Shown here: in pieces, positions 8,829-17,317 of the stretch | How positions within the stretch are numbered: position 1 is the first letter of the stretch | Layout of the letters: each line of letters starts with the position of its first letter | Made by a program: the position numbers and the translations under genes | The notes under the pieces: generated by a model | What the model was told of the DNA's origin: nothing | The model's database searches: none | The model's input: only the letters and a program-made list of their open reading frames with translations | Origin: Deltaproteobacteria bacterium | GTDB lineage: Bacteria > Desulfobacterota > DSM-4660 > Desulfatiglandales > B25-G16 | DNA length: 25,307 nt | Direction: 5' to 3' | NCBI GenBank assembly: GCA_020355145.1 | Contig: CP070660.1 | Location: forward strand, 1,552,113 to 1,577,419

Positions 8829-8884
8829 TTGCCTCAAACCGGCAAGGCACGAATTCTGCAACGAAATTCGAATATCGAAATTCG
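8829..8884 (+). repeat. Dispersed motif L, copy A: TTGCCTCAAACCG..AGGCACGA leading into heptamer repeats
   Basis: Shares an exact 13-mer, AGGCACGA and the 12-mer AATTCGAATATC with 20295-20356 on the opposite strand. Confidence 0.75.
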
Positions 8885-9011
8885 AAACAAATCCGAATGA
8901 CCAAAATTCAAATGTCCTAAGCCTAGAATTATTTAACCACAGCAAGTAAGGCTCTTGGCAGTTTGGAATTTTGAACATTTGGATTTCGATATTGTTTCGG
9001 ATTTCGGATTT
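8862..9011. repeat. Imperfect inverted repeat built from 7-nt units (CGAAATT/CGAAATC/CGAAACA)
   Basis: The left arm at about 8862-8916 (cgaaatt cgaatat cgaaatt cgaaaca aatc cgaatga ccaaaat tcaaatg) resembles the reverse complement of 8961-9011 (aaatc cgaaatc cgaaaca atat cgaaatc caaatgt tcaaaat tccaaac). Confidence 0.85.
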
Positions 9012-9057
9012 AAAATTCTCATTAGAATCTGGGTTTTATTTCTCCGCAAAAACTCGG

Positions 9058-9093
9058 CATAAATGTTAGGATCTCAGCTTATGTAGACGACTA
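9058..9093 (+). repeat. Dispersed element R, copy 1, overlapping the metK stop codon
   Basis: 9058-9089 matches 13653-13684 at 30 of 32 positions, followed by 1 nt and then the TAG of metK. Confidence 0.9.
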
Positions 9094-10248
9094 TAGGGCC
9101 TTTTTCAGTTTTTCAGCGAGATCTGTCTTCTCCCAGGTAAACTCCTCCAATTCACGCCCAAAGTGTCCGTAGCAGGCGGTCTTTTTGTATATAGGCCTTA
9201 AAAGGTCTAAGGTCTCAATCAAGGCAGCCGGCCTCATATCAAATTCCTTTTCTACCATTTTTGTCATCTCAGCACTGGGCACAACACCGGTTTCATAAGT
9301 ATCAACCATTAAACCAACCGGTTGTGCCTTGCCAATGGTGTAGGCTACCTGGATCTCACACTTTTCAGCCAGACCAGCAGCAACTATATTCTTGGCAATG
9401 TAGCGACACATATAGGAGGCGCTCCTATCTACCTTGGATGGATCCTTGCCGGAAAATGCACCGCCACCATGGTGACCAAATCCTCCGTAGGCATCCATTA
9501 TAACCTTCCTACCGGTCATCCCACAATCTCCCAGGGGACCGCCAGTAACAAATCTACCAGTAGTATTTACAAAAAACTCTGTGTTTTTATCAATCATCTC
9601 AGGTGGGATAACCGCCTTTATCACCTCTTCAATAATTGCCTCTCTTAAGGTATCGTAATCGACCTCAGGGGAGTGCTGGGCTGCAATAACAACTGTCTGA
9701 ACAGTAGTAGGTTTTAAATCTATATATCGAACTGTTACCTGAGATTTTCCATCTGGCCTCAGCCATGGAAGGCTTTCGGATTTGCGGACATGGGCAAGCC
9801 TTTGGGTAAGGCCATGGGCAAGGTAAATAGGCATTGGCATAAAAACAGGGGTGTCAGTGCAGGCGTACCCGAACATGAGTCCCTGATCACCTGCTCCCTT
9901 CTCCTTGAAAAGACCAGTACCATTAACTCCCTGGGCAATGTCAGCTGACTGTTTGTCAATGCTTGTAATAACGGCACACGTCTCCCAGTCAAAGCCCATG
10001 GATGAGTCGTTGTAGCCTATCTCCTTTATGGTCCGTCTGGCAATCTCCGGCATCTCCACATAACAACTGGTCGTTATCTCCCCTGCAATAACTGTCATAC
10101 CTGTAGTAACCAGGGTCTCACAGGCTACCCTTCCATATTTGTCCAGGCCTATAATCTCATCAAGTACGGCATCAGAGATCTGATCAGCTATCTTGTCCGG
10201 ATGTCCCTCGGTTACAGACTCAGATGTGAATAGGAAATCGATGTTCAT
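9091..10248 (-). CDS. metK: S-adenosylmethionine synthetase
   Basis: [41 protein letters not shown]. Confidence 0.98.
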   Translation of the reverse strand: MNIDFLFTSESVTEGHPDKIADQISDAVLDEIIGLDKYGRVACETLVTTGMTVIAGEITTSCYVEMPEIARRTIKEIGYNDSSMGFDWETCAVITSIDKQSADIAQGVNGTGLFKEKGAGDQGLMFGYACTDTPVFMPMPIYLAHGLTQRLAHVRKSESLPWLRPDGKSQVTVRYIDLKPTTVQTVVIAAQHSPEVDYDTLREAIIEEVIKAVIPPEMIDKNTEFFVNTTGRFVTGGPLGDCGMTGRKVIMDAYGGFGHHGGGAFSGKDPSKVDRSASYMCRYIAKNIVAAGLAEKCEIQVAYTIGKAQPVGLMVDTYETGVVPSAEMTKMVEKEFDMRPAALIETLDLLRPIYKKTACYGHFGRELEEFTWEKTDLAEKLKKAL

Positions 10249-10373
10249 TTTAGGTTCCTCTCTTCATTAAATATTGGTGTTAAGGCACGTCCACTTTCAG
10301 CTCTATACCAAAAGCTAAACAAATCTTAAATGACAAAAGGTCTCGTTGCGGCGCACTCACAGCCTTAGCCGCC

Positions 10374-10985
10374 CTATTTAGGTGGACTGACAATACCACC
10401 AGATATGATTAGTTTGAATGCATCCTCAACAGTCATATTGAGCATTACCACTTCATCTTCTGGTATAAGTATATAAAATCCACTCGTAGGATTAGGCGTT
10501 GTCGGAATAAAGACATTTATCATATTCTTATCGGTTCTATCCTGTACCTCACCCTTGCTTTCCCCTGTGATAAAGCCAATAACATAGGCCCCGCGCCTGG
10601 GATATTCTACCAATCCCACCCTTTTAAAGGCATCGGTCTTCTGCAAAAAGATGGTCTCCAGAAGCTGTTTAACCCCAGCATAGAGGATCCTTACCAAGGG
10701 AATACGCTCCACTATATTCTCTCCAAGGCGAACTATCTTCCTGCCAACAATGTTTTTGGTTAAAAGACCGACGGCTAAGACAAGGATAACTACAAAGATA
10801 AGACCAAGCCCAGGTATATGAACTTGAAGATAGGTGTCTGGAAGGTATTTAGCAGGGATAATCTTAAGTATTGCATCCATGCCCCTGATTAAAAACAATA
10901 TGACTTTCACCGTTATAAAGATCGGTAGAATTACCAGCAGACCAGTAAGAAAATAATTTTTTAGGCTTGTCCTTAGGCGTTTCAA
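10374..10985 (-). CDS. DUF502-family membrane protein
   Basis: FLTGLLVILP, two TM helices, RIPLVRILY, VEYPR.G, FIPTTPNPTSGF, AFKLIISGG. TTG start overlaps the panC TGA. Confidence 0.9.
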   Translation of the reverse strand: MKRLRTSLKNYFLTGLLVILPIFITVKVILFLIRGMDAILKIIPAKYLPDTYLQVHIPGLGLIFVVILVLAVGLLTKNIVGRKIVRLGENIVERIPLVRILYAGVKQLLETIFLQKTDAFKRVGLVEYPRRGAYVIGFITGESKGEVQDRTDKNMINVFIPTTPNPTSGFYILIPEDEVVMLNMTVEDAFKLIISGGIVSPPK

Positions 10986-11830
10986 TTTTCCCTCACTATA
11001 ACATTATCTATCAACCTGGCCTTTCCTACCCTTACGGCCAATGCAAAAAGGGAAGGCCTATCTATTATCCCGATATCGGTAAGTTCTTCTGGGTCGCAGA
11101 TGGCTATATAGTCGATTTCAGTAGATGGGTGGCTCAGGATTAGTTCCCTTACTGCATCCTTGATCTCAGCAGGGTCTTTTTCCCCTTCTGCTACCATAGC
11201 CTTGGCTAAATCCAGGCCCTTTTTCAGGCTCAATGCTGAGGACCTTTCCTCTGGGGTCAAATAACTATTCCTGCTACTGATAGCAAGGCCATCCTTTTCT
11301 CGTACTGTCGGAACCTCAATAATCTCAATGTCCATGCTTAAGTCCCTGACCATCCTCTTAATGACGATTAACTGCTGATAGTCCTTTTCGCCAAAGATCG
11401 CCAGGTGGGGTCTAGTGATATTAAAGAGCTTTGCAACCACAGTGGTTACCCCAGCAAAGTGTCCAGGTCTTGATCTTCCACAAAGATACTCCGTGATCTC
11501 CTCTACCCTAACAGTGCTTTGGAAACCATCAGGATACATCTCTTCCACAGTTGGCATGAACACAGCGTCTACTCCACAAGAGCGTGCCTTATCTAGGTCC
11601 CCCTCAGCATCCCTGGGATATCTTTTATAGTCCTCTTGAGGGCCAAACTGGATTGGATTAACAAAGATACTCATTATCAATCTATCCCCGTTTTCCCTGC
11701 CGACCCTCAATAGCTCAATATGGCCCTGGTGGAGAAATCCCATGGTTGCTACAAGGCAGATGATATCTCCATCCCTTCTCCATTTCTCGGATAGCCCTTG
11801 CATCAATTCTATCTCTTTGATTATCTCCAT
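10982..11830 (-). CDS. panC: Pantoate--beta-alanine ligase
   Basis: TMGFLHQGH, SIFVNPIQF, RPGHF.GV.TVV.KLF, FGEKDYQQL, REKDGLAISSRN, RLIDN. Confidence 0.97.
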   Translation of the reverse strand: MEIIKEIELMQGLSEKWRRDGDIICLVATMGFLHQGHIELLRVGRENGDRLIMSIFVNPIQFGPQEDYKRYPRDAEGDLDKARSCGVDAVFMPTVEEMYPDGFQSTVRVEEITEYLCGRSRPGHFAGVTTVVAKLFNITRPHLAIFGEKDYQQLIVIKRMVRDLSMDIEIIEVPTVREKDGLAISSRNSYLTPEERSSALSLKKGLDLAKAMVAEGEKDPAEIKDAVRELILSHPSTEIDYIAICDPEELTDIGIIDRPSLFALAVRVGKARLIDNVIVREN

Positions 11831-11835
11831 GTTTC

Positions 11836-11979
11836 TTAAGTGCCTAAAGTGCCTAAAATTTAAATAAAAAATAACTCAACTGCTTGAGTTGACATCATTT
11901 TCTTTCTTTTCTCCAACATATGTAAAAACAGCAGGTAATTTAACCAATTTTGGCTCACTTCAAACTTTACCTCACTTAA
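11836..11979. repeat. Inverted pair of 9-nt periodic repeats (AAGTGCCTA / AAGTGAGCC type) spanning the kinase-panC spacer
   Basis: Left arm TTAAGTGCCTAAAGTGCCTAAAATT (11836-11860). The reverse complement of 11946-11979 is TTAAGTGAGGTAAAGTTTGAAGTGAGCCAAAATT and includes the kinase TAA. Confidence 0.7.
11864..11890 (-). terminator. Possible intrinsic terminator
   Basis: AACTCAA-GCAG-TTGAGTT stem followed by ATTTTTTATTT on the minus strand. The stem is AT-rich and therefore weak. Confidence 0.35.
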
Positions 11980-12632
11980 TGTCTTGATCCAAGGGGGACA
12001 TAATACTTTGTTCCCCCTTGCATCCTTTCTATCTCAAGTATTAAGTCATCGAGATCAGATGGAACGTTAACAAAATCTATCTCCGAGGCATTGATTACTA
12101 AAAGGGGGGTCTCAGTGTAATGGAAAAAGAATTCATTGAAGGCCTGATTTATTTGATCCAGATACTTGAGCTCTATTGATCTCTCATAATCCCTATTCCT
12201 CTTTTTGATCCTTTCTCTCAAGACATCAGTCCTTGCCTGCAGAAATATAACCAGATCCGGTCTTAATATCTTGACCTTCAGGAGTTGGAATATCTGCTCA
12301 TATAAGCTGAATTCCCTGTCATCCAAGGTAGTCCTTGCAAAGATTCTGTCCTTATCAAAGAGGAAGTCTGAGATCACCACCCTTTTGAAAAGATCAATCT
12401 GATTTATCTCCTCCTGTCTTTGAAAGCGCTTAAGTATAAAGAAGAACTGCGTCTGAAATGCAAATCTCTTTGGATCCTTATAGAAGCTGGTAAGAAAAGG
12501 GTTTGCTTCAGTACCCTCCAGGATGGTCTCTCCATTTATCCTCTCAGCCAACAACAGGGCCAGGCTGGTTTTGCCTACCCCCAATGGACCTTCAACAACT
12601 ATATAACCTTTTTGATGCAATCTTTTGATCAT
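11976..12632 (-). CDS. Deoxynucleoside kinase (dNK family)
   Basis: YIVVEGPLGVGKTSLA P-loop, NPFL..FY.DP.RFAFQTQ.FF, K.D.IFA, PDLVIFLQA, RIKKRNR.YE. Confidence 0.93.
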   Translation of the reverse strand: MIKRLHQKGYIVVEGPLGVGKTSLALLLAERINGETILEGTEANPFLTSFYKDPKRFAFQTQFFFILKRFQRQEEINQIDLFKRVVISDFLFDKDRIFARTTLDDREFSLYEQIFQLLKVKILRPDLVIFLQARTDVLRERIKKRNRDYERSIELKYLDQINQAFNEFFFHYTETPLLVINASEIDFVNVPSDLDDLILEIERMQGGTKYYVPLGSRH

Positions 12633-12633
12633 A

Positions 12634-12645
12634 TCCGCCGGCGGA
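12634..12645. repeat. 12-bp perfect palindrome TCCGCCGGCGGA, 1 nt upstream of the kinase ATG
   Basis: Read directly. Its arms match those of the TCCGCC-TGG-GGCGGA palindrome at 20145-20159. Confidence 0.6.
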
Positions 12646-12682
12646 CTAAGTTAGGCAAGAGCCTCATTTGGATGCCCAAGAG

Positions 12683-13561
12683 CTAAATAACATTGACTTT
12701 ATTGTGTGTCAAGAGAGATGTCTTATCTGGTGTTAAGGCAGAACTCAGTCGTATGTATTCATCTATAGTGAGGTTCTCGGCCCTTCTTTTTGGGTTAATG
12801 AGGCACTCCTCAAGGGCCTTTGCTATCATTTCCCTGGGTACAGACACCATTCCCCTCTCAAGGGAATTAAGGATTGTCTTCCTCCGACAACTAAATGCTG
12901 CCTTGACAATCCTATGGAAAGACTCCTCGTTTTCTGCCTGAAATGGGTATGGCCTCTCAAGGTCAATCTCCAAAACCATAGAATCCACCTTTGGTTTGGG
13001 GTAAAAGGCCTGCCTTTTAATCTTGATAAGCGGAGATATCCGGGCATAGTATTGACTGATGACACTAAGGGCCCCGTAGTCCTTTCTATTTGGCCCAGCA
13101 GTCAAACGTTGTGCAAATTCATATTGAAACATCAGGACCGCACTTTTTATATAGTCTCGATTTACTATAAGCCTTTCCAGGAATGGAGACGAGATATTAT
13201 AGGGGAGATTACCTAATACCTTGATCTTTTGTTGATATCTATCATAGATCTCCTTAACATCGAACTTCAGGATATCCCCGGAGATAAATGTTATCTTTTC
13301 GTTGTCTTTCAGTGGCACCCTCTCCTTTAGGATAGCTATCAATAATGGATCTTTCTCCACAGCCACCACATGAGAAATGTGGGGGAGGATTGGGATCGTT
13401 AGGGCCCCTAAACCTGACCCTATTTCTACAACCACATCCTTATTATCAAATCTTGCATGGGTAATGATCTTATTGATTATGCCAGGGTCTTCCAGAAAGT
13501 GTTGACCCAGTCTCTTCCTGGGTCTAAGCCCTGATTTAGTTAACAAGGCCCTAGTGCTCAT
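12683..13561 (-). CDS. rsmA: 16S rRNA (adenine-N6)-dimethyltransferase
   Basis: LGQHFL, VVEIGSGLGALT, GNLPYNISSP, MFQYE.A.RL, F.P.PKVDS, F..RRKTI.N, RAENL. Confidence 0.96.
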   Translation of the reverse strand: MSTRALLTKSGLRPRKRLGQHFLEDPGIINKIITHARFDNKDVVVEIGSGLGALTIPILPHISHVVAVEKDPLLIAILKERVPLKDNEKITFISGDILKFDVKEIYDRYQQKIKVLGNLPYNISSPFLERLIVNRDYIKSAVLMFQYEFAQRLTAGPNRKDYGALSVISQYYARISPLIKIKRQAFYPKPKVDSMVLEIDLERPYPFQAENEESFHRIVKAAFSCRRKTILNSLERGMVSVPREMIAKALEECLINPKRRAENLTIDEYIRLSSALTPDKTSLLTHNKVNVI

Positions 13562-13597
13562 TGTGTTTGTTGCGTCCTTTGAGTTTATAGGATTTTA
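13561..13597 (-). repeat. Degenerate 9-nt periodic repeat (AAACTCAAT/AAACCCAAT family) abutting the rsmA ATG
   Basis: Forward ttgtgtttg ttgcgtcct ttgagttta taggatttt resembles the gtttattgg units at 19619-19654. Confidence 0.45.
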
Positions 13598-13649
13598 GCA
13601 CAAAAAGCTCAGGAAATTAATTATTCCAAAAAGGTAGCTTGAGAAGGCA

Positions 13650-13689
13650 TGACATAAATGTTAAGATCTTAGCTTATGTAGACGTCTAG
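13650..13689 (+). repeat. Dispersed element R, copy 2, overlapping the tsaD stop codon
   Basis: TGACATAAATGTTAAGATCTTAGCTTATGTAGACGTCTAG, with internal palindromes TAAGATCTTA and TAGACGTCTA. The final CTA is the tsaD TAG. Confidence 0.9.
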
Positions 13690-14705
13690 ATCTGATCTAG
13701 AGGAAATCTCGACCTTGCATCCAAGGTTAGATCATCCCCCTGGCCTTTTATTATCCTATGATAAGCGGCGACAGCTATCATAGCCCCATTATCTGTACAT
13801 AATTCCGGACTTGGGATATACAGATCAATTTCCCTTTTAGCCATCACCTCTTGTAAATTACAGCGTAAATAGTTGTTTCTGGCTACTCCTCCCGCTAGCA
13901 CAACGGAGTTTGCACCGACTTGGGCGGCGGCCGCAATCACCTTATCTATTAGGATATCAACCACTGCGGCCTGAAAGGATGCGGCTATATCTGCTATCTT
14001 GATCTTATCGTCGCACCCTTTTTGAAGGCGCCATTTCCTGACATAAAGGGCAACAGCAGTCTTGAGGCCACTAAAGCTGAAGTCAAGAGAGTCTTTGGAT
14101 AGGTAGGCCCTTGGAAAACCAGCGGCCTCAGGCCGGCCTTTTGCAGCCAGTTTCTCTATTACAGGGCCACCTGGATAACCCAGTTCCAGAAGTTTTGCGA
14201 TCTTATCGAATGCCTCTCCAGCGGCATCGTCCAAGGTCTGACCCAACACGGTATAATCCCCAAAATCTCTGACCTGATAGATGTTTGTATGGCCACCTGA
14301 AACAGTAAGGGCCACGAAGGGGAAGGGGGGACACCTCTTTTCCAAGAAGATAGAGAGGATATGCCCCTCCAGGTGATTGATTCCTATTAGGGGGATATTG
14401 TTGGCATAGCTAAAGGCCTTGGCGAAATTGATGCCAACTAGGAGGGCACCAACAAGACCAGGCCCCACAGTAACCGCTATTGCATCAATATCATTACTGT
14501 TGAGGTGAGCCCTTCTTAGGGACTCCCTAACAACCCAAACGATATTCCTAATATGTTCTCTTGAGGCAAGTTCCGGGACTACCCCACCATATCGGTGGTG
14601 GACAATGACCTGAGAGTTGACAATATTAGATAATAATCTCTTTCCATCTTCTACTATTGCGGTGCAGGTGTCATCGCAGGAGGTATCTATACCGAGTATA
14701 ATCAT
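13686..14705 (-). CDS. tsaD: tRNA threonylcarbamoyltransferase
   Basis: GIDTSCDDT, GGVVPELASR.H, GPGL.GAL.VG, NHLEGH, VSGGHT, DDAAGEAFDK, FSFSGLKTA, CTDNGAMIA. Confidence 0.98.
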   Translation of the reverse strand: MIILGIDTSCDDTCTAIVEDGKRLLSNIVNSQVIVHHRYGGVVPELASREHIRNIVWVVRESLRRAHLNSNDIDAIAVTVGPGLVGALLVGINFAKAFSYANNIPLIGINHLEGHILSIFLEKRCPPFPFVALTVSGGHTNIYQVRDFGDYTVLGQTLDDAAGEAFDKIAKLLELGYPGGPVIEKLAAKGRPEAAGFPRAYLSKDSLDFSFSGLKTAVALYVRKWRLQKGCDDKIKIADIAASFQAAVVDILIDKVIAAAAQVGANSVVLAGGVARNNYLRCNLQEVMAKREIDLYIPSPELCTDNGAMIAVAAYHRIIKGQGDDLTLDARSRFPLDQI

Positions 14706-14744
14706 AATCTGGCATGGGTTCTACCAAGGAGGAATGGGTAGAAA

Positions 14745-17303
14745 TTATTGTTTGGAGGCCCTATTGTTTCTCAATTGATCCATCCGTTCTACCACCTTTC
14801 TGAGATGTCCAGCCATCAAATCCGCCTTCTGGTATCGTTTACTAACATCCTTGGCCAAGGCCTTATCTATTATCTTTTCAACGATAGGTGGAATCTTTGG
14901 ATTAATCTCCCTTGCTGAGGGGTGTTTCTCTCTGGTAATCTGGTACATAAGTGATGTCATATCTTCAGAGGCAAAGGGCTTTTGGCCACTCAACATCTCA
15001 TAAAGTACTATACCCAGCGAGAATATATCTGAGCGTCCGTCAACCTTTCTCCCACTCACCTGTTCAGGAGACATATAGGAAGGGGTACCCAGAATAACAC
15101 CGGTTTTTGTCCTGGAAGAGGAAGTAATCCTGGCGATACCAAAATCCGTAACCTTTATTTCGCCTGTGTCTTTGAGCATCATGATGTTGGCAGGCTTTAT
15201 GTCCCTGTGAACAACATTGTTGCTGTGGGCATAACCTAAGGCATCGGCTACATGGGTTATAATATCAAGCACATCCCTCAAAGGCAGTAACTTTCCCTTA
15301 TGTGTGTATTCCACTAAATTTTCTCCATTCAGGAATTCCATGGCTATAAAGGCCAGATCGTGCTCCTCACCAGCATCGTATATAGATACAATGCTAGGAT
15401 GGTTCAACCCCCCGGCTGACTCTGCCTCCCTGAAAAAGCGTCCCTTTATCTCACCCGCCTCTTGCTGGTCAAACTCGGATAGCCGTATGGTTTTTATAGC
15501 AACGGTTCGATGGATTGTGGGATCAATCCCCTTATAGACAATCCCCATTGCACCACGACCTAACTCCCCTGAAACCTCATATCTGCCAAGCGTTGGTTTG
15601 GTATCCAGGTCTTGGATTGTTGCCGCTATGTCACCAGGATGGGGGCCAGTAGCACCAAAGATCATAGTTGATTCAGCATCTTTTAGCTTAGGCATTCTTT
15701 CATTCAGGTCCTTAAAATCGCTACCATCTTCAATGATCATATTATATGCTGCTAATGCCTTGCTAAACTGTCTCTTTCTCTCATAATCCAGCCCAAGATT
15801 GTACATAAGATCCTTGACCCCTGGCTCATCTATAGGGCATTTTCGAAATTTTTCAAAGGCAAGATCCAGCAATCCTTGTTGCTGGAGAGAGAGACCAAGG
15901 GACTTGTTCGTCTCTACGGAATCGGCCTCCACCTTTTCTTTTGTCCTCTCAGTGATGAAAAAATGTCTGCTAACAACTAAGATATAGCCAAGAATGAGAA
16001 GAACTATTTGGGGTGTGATCTTAAGCCATATATTCGAGCGAAAAAAGAGGATCGTCCCTGCTGCGCCGTAAGAGAGAAAGAGGATTAATGTGATAATGGC
16101 ACCGGTACTGGCCTTTAGTCTTGGCAGGAGAAACGATATATAGAGCCCGAAAAAAAGTATTACACCAAGCTCAATAAGTGTGGTCCATTGAGGCCGTACA
16201 AAAAATCTTTCCCTTAAGATATTGGAGACAGAATTGGCTATTATCTCCACACCGGGCAAGGTACCGGAGAGAGGTGTAACAAATCGGTCCCCAAGTCCTG
16301 GGGCGGTGAGCCCAACAATGACAATCTTGTCCCTGAAGAGGCTAGTTTGAAATTTGTTATTGAAGACTTTCCTGAATGGTGTTGCGTGAAATGCAACACC
16401 TGGTCCATCGTTCCATTTGATAACAAAATCTTTTGCTGGAATCCTGATGGTCTTGGAAGGGGTAACCTTTATATCAATTCCCTCCCCCAAGATAAGGTTG
16501 ATGTGACTGTCTTCTAATCCTTTGAAGGCCTTTACAATCGCCATAGGAAACGATGGAACGAATGTGTTTTCTAAATAGCCAATGGCATGGGTTTGACTCC
16601 TGATGGATCCGTCAGCATCTGGAAAGACGTTTATATAACCAATGCCTGCAACCGAATCTGCAAAGGATGGTAGGAGTGGCTTTATCTTGGAATACCACCT
16701 GATGGAGCTGACGGCCAATTCATCCTTTAGACCGTCTATAACCTTATAGGAGTTTTTGGGTATGTAGTCAGGGACCGCCTCGTCCCTTCCCGTGCTTAAG
16801 GTATCGAAGTAGAAAGGAAGAATTACGTTACCAGCCTTTATAAAGGCCTTAGCCAATTTCGCATCATTATCCAGATCAGCCTCTGCCTTATTCAATTCAC
16901 CATAAAATGTCTTGGCAGATGGGCCCTCTAAACCGAGATCTTTATAAATCTTCTTCAGCTCTTTAACTGTTTTGAGGCCGGCACTCTCCTCTGGCTCATT
17001 AAAAATGATATCCAGGGCGATAACCTTGGCACCAGCCATTGCGAGGTTGTTTATTGCATTGGCAATGATATTCCTTGGCCAGGGCCAACGACCAATTTCA
17101 GCCAAATCATCATCGTCTATAACCACGATCTCGATATCTGGATTTCTCTCCCCAGAGGCACTAAGCCTGGAGCCGAGGTCAAATCTTTTCTTCTCTATAA
17201 CATCTGTAAAATCATCAAAACCTGTGACGAACATGAATAGGAATAGAAGGGTAAGGATTAGGCCAATCAACCATTCAGGAATACCCTTTTTGAATAACAT
17301 CAT
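14745..17303 (-). CDS. Membrane-anchored CHASE2-domain Hanks-type Ser/Thr kinase with a TPR-like linker
   Basis: N-terminal TM helix; CHASE2 motifs IVVID, GRWPWPR, VIALDIIF, D.DG.IR, PGVEI.AN; three TM helices; helical linker; kinase motifs LGRGAMGIVY, VAIK, HRDIKPAN, DFG, GTPSYMSPE, DGRSDIFSLG. The start may be the second ATG (17300). Confidence 0.95.
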   Translation of the reverse strand: MMLFKKGIPEWLIGLILTLLFLFMFVTGFDDFTDVIEKKRFDLGSRLSASGERNPDIEIVVIDDDDLAEIGRWPWPRNIIANAINNLAMAGAKVIALDIIFNEPEESAGLKTVKELKKIYKDLGLEGPSAKTFYGELNKAEADLDNDAKLAKAFIKAGNVILPFYFDTLSTGRDEAVPDYIPKNSYKVIDGLKDELAVSSIRWYSKIKPLLPSFADSVAGIGYINVFPDADGSIRSQTHAIGYLENTFVPSFPMAIVKAFKGLEDSHINLILGEGIDIKVTPSKTIRIPAKDFVIKWNDGPGVAFHATPFRKVFNNKFQTSLFRDKIVIVGLTAPGLGDRFVTPLSGTLPGVEIIANSVSNILRERFFVRPQWTTLIELGVILFFGLYISFLLPRLKASTGAIITLILFLSYGAAGTILFFRSNIWLKITPQIVLLILGYILVVSRHFFITERTKEKVEADSVETNKSLGLSLQQQGLLDLAFEKFRKCPIDEPGVKDLMYNLGLDYERKRQFSKALAAYNMIIEDGSDFKDLNERMPKLKDAESTMIFGATGPHPGDIAATIQDLDTKPTLGRYEVSGELGRGAMGIVYKGIDPTIHRTVAIKTIRLSEFDQQEAGEIKGRFFREAESAGGLNHPSIVSIYDAGEEHDLAFIAMEFLNGENLVEYTHKGKLLPLRDVLDIITHVADALGYAHSNNVVHRDIKPANIMMLKDTGEIKVTDFGIARITSSSRTKTGVILGTPSYMSPEQVSGRKVDGRSDIFSLGIVLYEMLSGQKPFASEDMTSLMYQITREKHPSAREINPKIPPIVEKIIDKALAKDVSKRYQKADLMAGHLRKVVERMDQLRNNRASKQ

Positions 17304-17317
17304 TCTCCCTCAATTTC

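Noticed and set aside
8799-8978. 60-aa N-terminal extension of AhcY in the ORF track
   Set aside because: It is the translation of the heptamer repeat ([17 protein letters not shown]). Family homology and the RBS both begin at ATG 8798.
10312-10336. Possible fifth copy of element R (AAGCTAA...ATCTTAA...ATGACA)
   Set aside because: It needs two indels to align and the sequence is AT-rich, so it cannot be distinguished from chance without a profile search.
10249-10373. SAM or SAH riboswitch upstream of metK (or of ahcY)
   Set aside because: No SAM-I, SAM-II or SAH consensus elements seen by eye. An Rfam scan would be decisive.
14719-14743. Hairpin TTCTACC/GGTAGAA whose loop has AAGGAGG next to a plus-strand ATG
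   Set aside because: SD-ATG spacing is about 1 nt, the ORF is 14 codons and antisense, and there is no U-tract for a terminator.
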